Part shown: positions 1 through 11,483 of the stretch, one piece after another
Layout: each line of letters begins with the position of its first letter
Position numbering within the stretch: the stretch's first letter is position 1
Assembly (NCBI GenBank): GCA_052327205.1
Contig: CM126211.1
Coordinates: 35,588,001-35,652,000 of the forward strand
Length of the DNA stretch: 64,000 bases
Direction: 5' to 3'
From: Somniosus microcephalus
Taxonomy: Eukaryota
The notes under the pieces: model-generated
What the model saw: only the letters and a program-made list of their open reading frames with translations
What the model was told of the DNA's origin: nothing
Databases searched by the model: none
Position numbers and translations under genes: made by a program

Positions 1-52
1 ACACGGCGTTCGTTTCCATGCTGAAGACCTTCCGCGAAAACTGTTCGCGAAA

Positions 53-65
53 GTCGGGGTCACCA
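53..65 (-). promoter_or_regulatory. Primer-binding site (tRNA-Trp-like) of an LTR retrotransposon extending off the left edge
   Basis: Minus strand reads TGGTGACCCCGAC, a 13-nt match to the vertebrate tRNA-Trp 3' end, 1 nt from a TG-bounded LTR end. Confidence 0.7.
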
Positions 66-66
66 A

Positions 67-332
67 TGTAGGAACGTGGGTTCCTAACTAAAAGACTGAG
101 TTCTACTCAGGCGATCAAACAAAATGAACTTTAATGAAACAAACAGATTTTAACAAGAAACTGCAGGATAACATCGAATGTAGGTCTGCTGTCTACGGAG
201 GTTCCACAAGGACTCCTAGGGCGGTCCGGTGGCTGACGTCATGACGTCATGACGTTTTTCCCGCCAGTGGGGGATCACGTGATGAACGGCGTGACGTCAT
301 CACATTTTAACCCCGCTGTTAAAGTAACCACG
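67..332 (-). mobile_element. 5' LTR of a minus-strand LTR retrotransposon (internal part outside window)
   Basis: Starts TGTAGG next to the PBS; contains tandem TGACGTCA motifs; right boundary approximate. Confidence 0.55.
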
Positions 333-860
333 CTCTGTACAGTTAAACAGCATAAATAAAGATACAGGGGGAGAAATTTGGTCGGCAGCACCTCCAATTA
401 GCGCCTAAAGAGGCCAGGAAGTGGGGCGTTAGCCAATTTTCGGCCGGGCGCAGTTAAACCAGCGCCTCCTTCCATATTGAGTGGGCATTTTGCGCCGGCG
501 CTAAACCTTAGTGCCCGCTCGTGTCATTTCAGTGTGCAACGTCTTTTGGGCGCCCCGGACCAGAAATTCAGTGTTGCGCCCCTCCGTTCCGCCTGGCGCT
601 AATAAGGACTGCTTAACTGGAGCATTCCCCAGTCGCTCTCGGGCTACGGGGGCGCTCTTTAAAGGGGACTGCACTGGTATAAAAGCGGCAGCCATTTTGG
701 GAGCACAACTTCCTCGAGACTCTCACAGAGTTGCTGAGCTGCACTCTGAGAGCCATTGCACCAGTGAGCTTGCGCTGGCCAGAGGAACTTCAGCCTTCTG
801 ACCATCACCTTGCTGCTGGTGAGCATTTACAATGTTTTCAATTTCTTGTGCGCTATTATT

Positions 861-1973
861 ATGGGGGCTGCATTGGAGGGGAACGTCCTGCTGCTGAACC
901 ATCTGGAAAGGGCACAGAGACGCAGGGAGAGAGGGGCAGGAACGGCCAGATGGAGGAGGGCCAACAGACGTCGCCACACCAGACCTTACGCTGCCAGGGT
1001 TTTCCGACAGCAGTTCTCTTACTTGAACATGTCAGAGGAGCAGTGTCTTAGAAGGCTGCGCTTCAGAAAGGAGGTGGTGACTGAGCTGTGCCACCTGCTT
1101 CAGCCAGATCTGCAGCCTCAGATAAGGTGCAGGACCTCTCTGTCGGTGGCTGTCAAGATGACTGTTGCCCTGAATTTCTATGCGAGCGGCTCCTTCCAGG
1201 CCGCAACTGGGGACATCGCTAAGATATCGCAGTTTGCGATGCATTGCTGCATCCGTCAAGTAATAGATGCCCTATTTAAAAGGAGTCGGCAGTACATCTC
1301 CTTCCCTGTGACACTGGAGAAGCAGCGGGAGCGCGCAGAAGGCTTCGCAGCAATAGTGGACTTCCCCATGGTGCAGGGCGCCATTGACTGCACGCACGTG
1401 GCTTTGCGGGTGCCTGTTTTGAATCCAGAGGAGTTCCGCAACCGCAAGGGGTTCCATTCCTTGAATGTTCAGCTGGTCTGTGACCACCGACAGCTGATCC
1501 TCGCAGTCCATGCGCAGTTCCCTGGCAGCAGCCACGACGCCTTCATCCTGCGCCAGACTTCCGTTGCAGGCCTATTCGAGGCCCCGGCTCACCCAGGAGG
1601 CTGGCTTCTCGGTGACAAGGGCTATCCTCTGTGCCCATGGCTGATTACGCCACACCGTTCGCCCAGCACTCCTGCTGAAGAGCGCTTCAATGCGAGCCAT
1701 CAGGCGATGAGGAACATTGTGGAGCTGAAGCAGTGGTTCCGCTGTCTGGACCATTCCGGAGGCGCCTTGCAGTACTCACCAGAGCGAGTCTCCCACTTCA
1801 TCGTAGTCTGTTGCATGCTGCATAACCTCGGCATCCTACGCACCCAGCCATTGCCACCAGCCATTGAAGCACCAGCGGAGGAGGAGGAGGAGGAGGAGGA
1901 GGAGGACCAAGATGGGAGGGAGGTACAAACTGGAAGGGCCGTCCGTCAGAGACTGATAAAAAGCCGCTTCTAG
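861..1973 (+). CDS. HARBI1-like DDE transposase (Harbinger A)
   Basis: GAIDCTH, NRKGFHSLNVQLVCD, PGSSHDA, LGDKGYP and CCMLHN motifs; 5-codon in-frame deletion after NIVE relative to element B (QTIGV missing). Confidence 0.9.
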   Translation: MGAALEGNVLLLNHLERAQRRRERGAGTARWRRANRRRHTRPYAARVFRQQFSYLNMSEEQCLRRLRFRKEVVTELCHLLQPDLQPQIRCRTSLSVAVKMTVALNFYASGSFQAATGDIAKISQFAMHCCIRQVIDALFKRSRQYISFPVTLEKQRERAEGFAAIVDFPMVQGAIDCTHVALRVPVLNPEEFRNRKGFHSLNVQLVCDHRQLILAVHAQFPGSSHDAFILRQTSVAGLFEAPAHPGGWLLGDKGYPLCPWLITPHRSPSTPAEERFNASHQAMRNIVELKQWFRCLDHSGGALQYSPERVSHFIVVCCMLHNLGILRTQPLPPAIEAPAEEEEEEEEEDQDGREVQTGRAVRQRLIKSRF

Positions 1974-2799
1974 GCCCCTCTGACGGAATGCTTGGTGCCA
2001 TTCGATGATGATGAATGGAACCGTCCGGATAACCCAAAGCCTATGAAGGGCAGTGAATGTAAATATCAGACATGGCCAATGTAAATTTAAAAACTTGTTT
2101 ATTTTGCTAAATGTGCCTCCTTCCAACATGACAAAGCAATGGCAACAGAAAGCAAAACTAACACACTAACACATAAGTGACTCGCACACCCGGGAGACTA
2201 TCCAAAACAGTACTAACAATCAGACCAGCATCCACGGCCTTGATTTCTACAAATAAGACATCTCAGCTGCACCTTCTACTCTTTCCCCCTTGATGGTGAT
2301 CTACTTCTCTTGCGAGATCGGCCCCTTCCCTCCCTGCAGCTCCTCCGTAATGGGACCCCAGTGGCTGCATCAATGCTGGGGGAGGCCTGCTGACTGTCCG
2401 AAAGCGCAGATGCCCCTGAGGGACGTCCTGGACGACCTCTGGCCTTGGAGGGCCCGGATGCTGACTGCTCTAACTGTGCATGGGTGGAAGCAGTCTGTCC
2501 TGCAGGTGGTGGCCGCTGCAGTGGAGACGTGCCAGCGGTGGCATCAGGAATGCTGACATCCTGAGAGCGGACAGCAGCTCCCTGGTCGACCGACACACTG
2601 GCACTCTGACGGGGCAGCACCACAGCATGCGCACCAATCGGCTGGTCCACAGATTGATGCCCTGCTGTGGTGCTGCAAGGGCCCCGGGTAATCCCGCCTG
2701 ATCCAGCGAGGGTGGCAGCAGTCATTGGTCGCGTGGCCTCAATATGCGTCTGCATGAGACCAGCGAGTGACTGCGTGGCAGCACTCAGCACTTGCGTGG

Positions 2800-2995
2800 C
2801 AGGTGCCAGTGCTTCGGTGAAGCCCTGGACAGTCCTTTCCAGTGCTTCGCTGAAGGCCGGGACAGTCCTTTCCACTGCTTCGGTCAAGCCCTAGACAGTC
2901 CTTTCCAGTGCTGCCCCGAAGCCGTGGACAGTCCTTTCCAGTGATGCCCCGAAGTCCTGGACAGTCCTTTCCAGTGCTGCCCCAAAGTCCTGCGC
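2800..2995. repeat. 33-bp coding tandem repeat (11-aa unit, FGAALERTVQD-like)
   Basis: About 5-6 copies of ggacagtcctttccagtgct... in Myb exon 3. Confidence 0.85.
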
Positions 2996-3781
2996 ACTCC
3001 TTGCCTGTGCTGCCTTGAAGTCTTGGACAATCCTTGCCAGTGTCTCGATGGATTCAGACATCCTTGCCACTGCAGCCATGAGCTCAGTGTGCCTGAGCCG
3101 AGCCTGGGCACTCATTTCTGTGAGGGAACGCACCTCTTCTGCGCTCTGTGCAGCAGTACTCGCGGCCTGACTCGCCCTCCGGGGAGCCCCCGAGCTTCCC
3201 TACCCCCCTTGCGTTGCTGCAGGCCGCTGGTTCCTGGAGCTGGTTCCTCCTCAGAGCATTCCCCCCCGCTCCCCTCCAGGGAAGTGGTCTCCCCAGTCTG
3301 CAGAGGGGCTGGCTCGCCTGAGGGTGGCAGGGATGGTCCAGCTTCCTCCTGCTCATCGCCTCCGGAGTCAGTGGCAGTGGCAGCTTGAAGGCTCGGCTCC
3401 CGAGCTGGTGATGCAGCATCTGAAAACAGGGAGGTTGAAGAGTGGTTTTAGCAAAAGGACAGGGTGGCAGCAAGGGATGCATGAGTGCTGCAATGCTCTG
3501 ACATGGGTCCAGAGTGAAAAAGCATGCTGGTGGGGGGAAGAAGTGGAAGGAGAGAGTTCAAAAAGGTGATGACCTTACCATCGCTGTGCACAATGGGGTC
3601 TGCAGCTCCAGTGGTGTCAGGACCAGTCATCCGACCTCCAACAATCTGGTGGACTCGTTCCTCCAGGTCCATCTGTGTCTGCAGCTGAGGAGGGCCTCCT
3701 CCAGTGCGAAGCTGCTCACTCCGGTTCCTGGCCAGCTTGGCCTGCAGGAGAAAGGACGGGAAGTGATAAAACATGCTGGCC

Positions 3782-3941
3782 TGAGCTGACATCACATGCC
3801 CCCATGGTAGATTAGCCCTACCATTATGCATTGAGCTGACATCACATGCCTCCCATGGTAGATTAGCCCTTCCATTATGCATTGAGCTGACATCACATGC
3901 CCCCCATGGTAGAATAGCCCTTCCATTATGCATTGAGCTGA
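3782..3941. repeat. 50/51-bp tandem array (3 copies) in intron 1 of Harbinger A Myb gene
   Basis: Unit gagctgacatcacatgcc(t)cccatggtagattagcccttccattatgcatt at 3783, 3833 and 3884. Confidence 0.93.
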
Positions 3942-6622
3942 ATGTGCGTGTGTGTTTCCAGAAAGGGCCATGGGTGCTGGCTGACAGATGGCCATTGGGG
4001 CTTCGCGCACCCTCTGGCCATAATGTCAGGTGCAGATGGAGGGATGAAGAAATTGGCGAAAAAGGCACTCACCTTAACGACCCGAGTGAGGTCATTGAAC
4101 TTCTTCCTGCATTACACAGGAGTCCTGGCCACCACGCTGGTTGAGGTGACTCTTTGACAAACTTCCCTCCAAGCCCTGCGGTACTCGCTCTGATGAAGCC
4201 TCCTGCCATTGTCGGGGTACAGCACAGCTCGCCGGCGCTCCACTTCGCCAACCAAAGCATCCAATGCCCCATCGGTAAAGCGCTCTGCTCTCTGCCTCAC
4301 CCTCTCCATATGTTCAAAGTTTGGAACGCCACAGAAAGCACAGTGCCGATTTTGAGGCCTACAAGGCACAGAGTGTGGCTGCTGCTCCTAATTGACCCGC
4401 CCTTTTAAGAGCTGGCCGGCGCCAGCATTTCTCGGGGTAATCGATTATTGACAGCACCTGCGCTGCGCCCGGCCGCCGACATATTGAGTAGCGCCGCCGG
4501 GTTAGCGCCTTAAAACTCCCGTGCAGCGCCTGAATCAACACCGCAATCACCTTTAGGGGCGCAGCAACCCAATATCGCTCGAGGTGGCGATAAGTTGCGC
4601 CTGGCGATAAAATTTGTGCAGCGCCAATTCTAACGCCCCAAACGGGGCTATACCCAATTTCTCCCCCACAGTCTCAGGCTGTAGCTAACATGTTGTTAAA
4701 GGAATTATATACAAACACTCTGAGTCCTTTGGTGGCTCCGCCACATATAATATTTTGCTGGTGACTGCAACCATCTGTACATTAAAGGAGCAGTAATCTG
4801 TTCTGTTAGTAAAAAGGAGCGCCATGTCTATAAATGCATGAGCAGTGACATGAATGTAATTACTGATGCCTTGTACTCGGGAATAAACACAGGACTGAAG
4901 CAAATTGGGTCTAGTCTTCAGCTGGTGCTGCACAACAGTATTGGACATTGTGTTTGAAGATTAATGGCAAATGAGTGTTTCTGCTACTTTTCTGCACAGA
5001 AGTGAAGTCCATTCTAACTGGTGGCTCCTGAGGGTGCCTGAAAGAATCCAGTTGTGTCGAGGTTTCGTACATGAGGAGCTGCTTTTTGACTGCAGGTCTG
5101 CTCCAGGACCAAAGACAGATCAGAGCTGGTGTCCCTCTGTATATACAGTTCTTTGCTAAGGTCGAGCAGGTAGGTCTCCAAAATTCTGCTACCTCAAGTT
5201 GCAGCGAGTCCTAAAGGCCCCAAGCCATTGTCTCCTGATAGCCCTGCTCATTTTCCTTTAAAATATCTGACAAAAAAAGACTTGTGCTTCTGTAGAATGG
5301 TCAGTCTAAAGGAAAATGATTGAGACACCTAAAGGCCCATGATTCTAATTAATCAGCTAGGCCAATTAAGCACTGAAATCACAAAACCTACCAGAGTATA
5401 GTACCACCAACACCTTGGCCATGGCAACAGCCCATTTTACTTAGAAAATAGTATTCCTTCAACTAAAAGGAAGCAAATCTTCCATTTAAAAAAGGATAAA
5501 CAAATCCACAATTTAGTAAGTCAGTGATCAAAAAAATCAAATTTGGAATTGGAAACCGTGGATAACTGATTCCTTATGAGAGAGTTATTTAATTGACACC
5601 ACTGGTTTGTTTTTGGTATCTGGCAGTTTTGGGCTCTTCTGCACTGGTTTCCTATTCACTGACTTTAATAAAGAAATATCAGACTGATTTAATCAATAAG
5701 GTGGCTAACAGGCCCAGGCACAGAGAGTTATCAGTCAAGAGGTGCGTACAATAGGGGGAACTGAATAATCACATTATAGGCATGGTGGAACAAACATCAG
5801 ACAGATAGTTCAATGTGAGCGGAATGGATGGGGCAACTGTCCAGAAAGTTGCAGCATATTCCCTTTGAACTAGGGGTCGGCTGTACACATGGAAAGAAAG
5901 TTTCAGCCTATCCCTTTCTGACTAAGGTGCATGGTATACACATGAAAGAGAGATAGATTATAAAGATTATATTAATCAGGTGGAATCCAGGATAGAGAGA
6001 AAAGAAGACGAAGGAACCTAATTACCCGAGGTTTTGAGTTCTTCTTCCCAGACAAGGTCATATAAATGCTTTGCTGATAAAATGAATCACTGATACGCAC
6101 GAATTCATCAGTTTTATAATAATCTCACTTCGCTATGACTTATTGCTAACCATCAGGTCGAATCAAAGATGTATCTTTAAGATTCTACATTAATGGCAGT
6201 TTTATTTTAAGTGAATGACAACCTTTACAATCAAAAAACTTTGTCTTTAGGGTTTCTGACTGTGCAGAGAATCTGAATTTGGGTTTAACAATGATCTCAA
6301 CTTACAAAACTGCTACTAGAATTTACAGAAAATTCCCACTATGTCCTCTGTCTAGTAAGGTAAGAGGAAATGTCTATCACAAATTAAGGACTCAAAAGGC
6401 TAAAACAATTAAAGAGATTTGGTTACAAATGCAACTAGAATTAAGAGAATGCAAGATAGCTGGGTGTTATGATCATTCGCCATCTCTTGTTCAGCAGTTA
6501 GAATGGTCCCTAGAAATCAAACTAAGGCCAACGCACTGCCAAAGTGAATTAGAACACGATTGTTTTCATGTAGTTTGGTAATAGGATGTTGAATTGAAGC
6601 AAATCCATCAGGTAAGAACATT

Positions 6623-7379
6623 GGGTCGTATATTCCCATCCCTATGGGTGGGTACGCGCTGTGTACACACCCGTAGAGACATCGGAAATGCCAGTTTCAG
6701 GCATGCACAGTGGACGCACTGAAAACCAACGTTTCCGATCTGTCAAGAATGCTCTTGACAAATCGGATGCCTGCCCTGGAGAAGGGCCTCTGTGGACGGA
6801 TAGTTCCACTTTCTGGAGAACCTCCGTCCGCAGAAAACCCTTAGAAATCTTACGCCTGGTAAAAGCAGGCGTAAGGCCTGCTTTTACCAGGATAAGAGTT
6901 GAAAAATTTTAAAAAAAAAATTTTCACTCATTTATCATTTAAAAATACTTTTAAAAAAGATAAGTTTATTTTTAGCCCCATAAAAAGCTTTAATTATTTT
7001 TGTCAAAAAATAATATTTTTGTTTAAAATATTTAATTTATTGTAATTTCAAATAATTTTAGAAAGGTGATTGTTTTTTTAATTTATTTAAAGTTTTACTA
7101 TGTTTTTGGGCTGAACGCCATTCATATATTTGACAGGTCTATCTGTCAAGTGTATGAAGGGAGATTCCCTTCTTCTATTGGCTCCCCATGACCCACATGA
7201 TCCCAGGGACGCTTGCGAACTGCCTGCGCCTCTGGGATACGTGGGCCCTGCGCACTTGGAGTTTGGAGAGGCCCAGGAGCGGAAGTGTAGGCACCTCAGG
7301 AACCCCCAGGTAAGTTCATAGATTTTTCCAGATCGGGGGCATCTGCACGCAGGAAGCCTCCGATCGGAAAATACAGCCC
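6623..7379 (+). mobile_element. Non-autonomous Harbinger-type MITE
   Basis: Imperfect TIRs GGGTCGTATATTCC / GGGCTGTATTTTCC, AT-rich core, homologous to 10279-11032 in opposite orientation. Confidence 0.75.
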
Positions 7380-10278
7380 CTTATGTGATAAACATGAGTA
7401 ATACTCATGGTGCTTTTTTGTCTGAATAACCTTCAGAATCCAGTAAGAAGTCAAGGATTCACAGAATTATCTGATTTTAATCAGCTTAATTTATTTGATA
7501 ATATCTTTAAAGTATGCCTGGTTTCCTTCTTCAAACTACAATGGAGTAAAGCCTTGAAGCCTAGGACAATCTACAGCTATTTTCATCCATACAAGTTAGC
7601 CACAGGAAAACAACATGCTTGAGTCTGATGTTACACAGTGATGAAATTCACATAAACAGTTCCCGCTTCTGAATTGGGGACATGTTACAGATTTCATCGT
7701 ATTAACAGAGCACCTGCTACTGTATTTACAATTGGTATTTTAATCCAATGAAAATCCCTTTTACACTATAGGCCAAGTCTTAGGAGATCGACCTAAGAAG
7801 ACCACTCTCCTGAATTTACATTGTATTCATTACACTATTCTGCCTCTGAACCAGTGGTAAAGTGTGTTCCAAGCAGATGTACAAAGTGGTCATGACAAAT
7901 TTGCCATTTGCATGTGCCAAGGTAATAGTGTGATGTAATCATTAATTGATGGCATCACGATGCACAGAAGAGTCACATCAACAAAATAAGAGTTCAGTCA
8001 CACGATGATGATGTGTATGCGATGGTGTCATGATATTCGCAGAGGCATTCCGAAAATGGTTCTGCATCATTTTGTTGGTGGTGCAGTGCGTTTAGTGGCC
8101 TGAGTTAGACCAGTGCCAGGCACTAAAACCCAGCAAAAAAAAAACAGGTCTTTCTGGCTACTGGTCTAATAAAATCCGTCAGTTTTACCTTCACCCGATT
8201 CCCAGCTGTGGGAGACACTGTTATGGGAAGCAGAAGCTGAAGACCAATATAAAAACGATGATGTTGTTCACAAGGAAAAACAAGGCAAATAAACGCCTTT
8301 GAAATGAAAGAAAGAGCCAAGCCAATTTTTAAAACTTTAGCTTGGGAAAGATAATGCTGTTTTATTCCATTGCCAGCTGAAAATAAAGCAGCACAAGTTT
8401 TACTATTTGTGACAGTAACTCGTTTAATCCTATCATTCTTCTTCAAATGTTTTTATGTGATTTGTGTGTAAACAAATTGGAGAAATTAGCAAAACCTAAA
8501 GATCAGAATGCCAGTACATTATTTGCTCAACCTGCAACTACAGGTGTTACATTAAATAGTGGTAAACTGTGGTACCGTCCACCTTGCCAGTTGGGAGCAT
8601 AATTTATCAGGGGGCGTTCAAATGTTTAAGCTGGAACTCAGTGTCTGCAGCATTAGTGCAAAATCAATGTTAGGGGAATACCATGATGTCTAAAGATACA
8701 TCATTAGCTAAAAGTATGATTCCCCAGAAATCCATATAATGCCTGATATGAAAAATATTCAAAGTTCAAAATTGGTACAATTTAATAAGAAAACATATTG
8801 GTATCATTAAAGGGGCTCCATTTTGTCTGAATTATACCATTAAAATATACCTCTAGGACTCTTATGTCTGTTCTGGGAACTTTTAAGAAATTCAATTTAG
8901 CAGACAACTCATAAATCTAAAATGCTATTCACCCTCTTCCTCGTTATTGTTTAATTTCAAAATGCAATTAGCAATAGTCATCTGTTCATCATAAATTAGA
9001 CAGCTTGGCCAATCTACATGTGTCTCTTAGTGCATTGTGTCTCTTACACAATAACACAAATCAAAAATATACACTGCAAATTTTCACAAAAGGAAGATTT
9101 AAAGGGCATTTACCAGGAGACACCATGTGAAGTTAAATTCCGTTACAGTGTAATGTGAGGTTTGAAAAATGCTCAGGTGGGCTATTACATTTTCTCCACA
9201 TTTGAAAAACTTACTGAAGAATTGCTTTAATGTGATGAACATGTAGATACTCCTGCCCGCACTCCCAAAGCATTTTAATATTCAGCAGTCAGGAAGTTTA
9301 GCATGTTCAGAGATCTTTTCTAGCAGAGAGTGGGATTGTCAGCCTACGGTGTCACATGAGTCTTGCCAGTTGTATGTCGTGCTCTACGGCTAACAAATGA
9401 AATTCTTAATATCACAGTAAAATAATATATGTCAAAGTGTTGAAGCTTGTAAAGTTTCAAATCAGGTCTTAGAGAATGATGAGTTAAGCACTCAGCAGTT
9501 TAGCAGCAGCTGCTGAAAGCAAGCTTAGTTCTTTACAATCCAAAACCTATATCTTTTGTACATCACGCCTTTGGGATTAACAATGACTCCACTTAGAAAA
9601 ATATGCTGTCTGGTTTAACCTAACACCACACCATGCTACCAGTCTCACACCATGCTGCCAAACTGTTTCTAAAATAGCAGATATTACATAGGGACCAGCA
9701 GTTTACTAACTAATACAATTAATATGGTTATTTATAATACGAAACACCAAAATTTGGCAATTACCTTTCACAAGAATGTCTTTGGATGGAACATAAAGGT
9801 TTCCGACATAACTTGAACAAAGTTCTGTTTCTAAACAGTGACTTCAGCCGATCTCATCGTCTCATAAACATTTTCAACAGCACACTTTATAAAGCGTAAC
9901 TGGAGCAAAGAGCAAAACAGAATCGTTTCCTTGATCAATTATTAGGACTGCAGTCTTGTTTCAAACTAGCATTTATCCAGTTTGAAGTCAACCCGACAAT
10001 TCTGCGAACCCCCTTTGAAATGAGTTTTTACAGACACACCTACACATGTACAATTGACAATGGGGAAACTGGTAATGCAGCACAACAATACATATCCCAG
10101 AAGATACAAACATTTTGCATAACAATGTCATAGACAAATTCTATACAATCAAATGAACTACTTCACATCAAAGGAGCCAAGCAATTAATTAAAAGTAGGA
10201 ATTAAATCCATTTGATGCTTCAATCAAGGGCATAATCTAATCGTTAAGTAAAGGAACAAGCAATTCACATCTTATAAT

Positions 10279-11032
10279 GGCCCAGATATTCCGATCGCAG
10301 GCCTCTCGCGCGCGAGAGGCCTGCGATCTGGAAAAATCTGCGCCCTTACCTGAGAGCTCCCGGGACGCACATGCTTCCGCTCCAGGGCCTCTCCAAACTG
10401 CAGGTGCGCAGGGCCCACGTATCCCAGGGGCGCATGAAATTTGCAGCATCCCTGGGATCATGTGGGCCATGGGGAGCCAATCACAGAAGGGAATCTCCCT
10501 TCATACAGTTGACAGGAAGACCTGTCAAATATATGAATGGAGATCACCCCCAAAACATAGCAAAACTTTAAATACACCTTTTTCTAAATCACATTTTTAA
10601 AATGACTTGAAATTACAATAAATAACTATTTTAAACAAAAATTTTAATTTTTGAAACAAATAATTAAAGTTTTTTACAGGGCTAAAAAATAAACTTAGCT
10701 TTTTTTAAAGTATTTTTAAATGATAAATCAGTGAAAAAACATTTTTTAAAACTTTTTTCAACTCTTATCCTGGTAAAAGCAGGCCTTATGCCTGCATTTA
10801 ACAGGCACAAGAATTGTAAGGGTTTTCTGCAGGGAGATGGTCTCCAGAAAGCGAAACCCTCCACCCGCAGAAGCCCTTCTCCAGGGCAGCTGGAGGATCT
10901 GTCAAGAGCTTTCTTGACAGATCGGAAATACCAGTTTCCAGCGCATGCGCTGTGCATGCCTGAAACTGGCCAGGTGTGCTATGGGTGGGTACACAGCGCA
11001 TACACACCCGTAGGGATCGGAATAGCCGGCCC
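10279..11032 (-). mobile_element. Non-autonomous Harbinger-type MITE (same family as 6623-7379)
   Basis: TIRs ending ...TATTCCGATC, 3-bp TSD AAT on both sides. Confidence 0.8.
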
Positions 11033-11138
11033 AATATCAATCCCCCCCCCCACTTCTTTCCACAGATTAGTTTTCCTGATGGGTGTTTCAAATGGAACCC
11101 GTGTTTCAAACATATGCATCATTCTTTTTGCAACAAAG

Positions 11139-11196
11139 TACATAAGAACATAAATAGGAGCAGGAGTAGTCCATATGGCCCCCCGAGCCTGCTCCT
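11139..11196 (-). mobile_element. CR1 LINE 3' tail fragment
   Basis: acataagaacataaataggagcaggagtag...gagcctgctcc matches the typical chondrichthyan CR1 3' end. Confidence 0.6.
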
Positions 11197-11483
11197 ATTT
11201 GAAGAATAATTTGCTGTTCCCTTCTTCTGTAACACATGTACGGAAATAATCCAATGTAGCAACATTGCCACTATTTGAATGCAGCAAGGCCAAGAGACTG
11301 TGGTCTTAAGATACTGTTCCTGTAAATATGTTTAGAGTTTTCTGCATGCTCACACAGCACTGATTCAGCTAATTTCCAATCAATAAGTATAGTGATGTAC
11401 TATGAACATTAATAGATATCTTATTTCAGAAACTGTCAGTATTTTACAGTAGTTATTTTAAAGCAAAATACATAATTTAGGGG

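Larger units (their letters stand above)
2276..4309 (-). pseudogene. Myb/SANT-like DNA-binding protein gene of Harbinger A (exons 4309-4073, 3741-3579, 3419-2276)
   Basis: MERVRQRAERFTDGALDALV...W...CRKKFNDL Myb/SANT motif; GT-AG introns; in-frame stops at 4112-4114 and 2891-2893. Confidence 0.85.
367..4667. mobile_element. PIF/Harbinger DNA transposon A (full length, decaying)
   Basis: TIRs GGGGGAGAAATT(T/G)GGT at both ends, 3-bp TSD ACA (364-366, 4668-4670), convergent transposase and Myb genes. Confidence 0.93.

Noticed and set aside
861-1973. Domesticated host HARBI1 gene
   Set aside because: Flanked by TIRs and a TSD, paired with a Myb gene, and present in several copies; it is a transposon gene
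9765-9899. Possible host exon on the minus strand with good acceptor and donor sites
   Set aside because: Stops in all three frames and no partner exons; at most non-coding and unsupported
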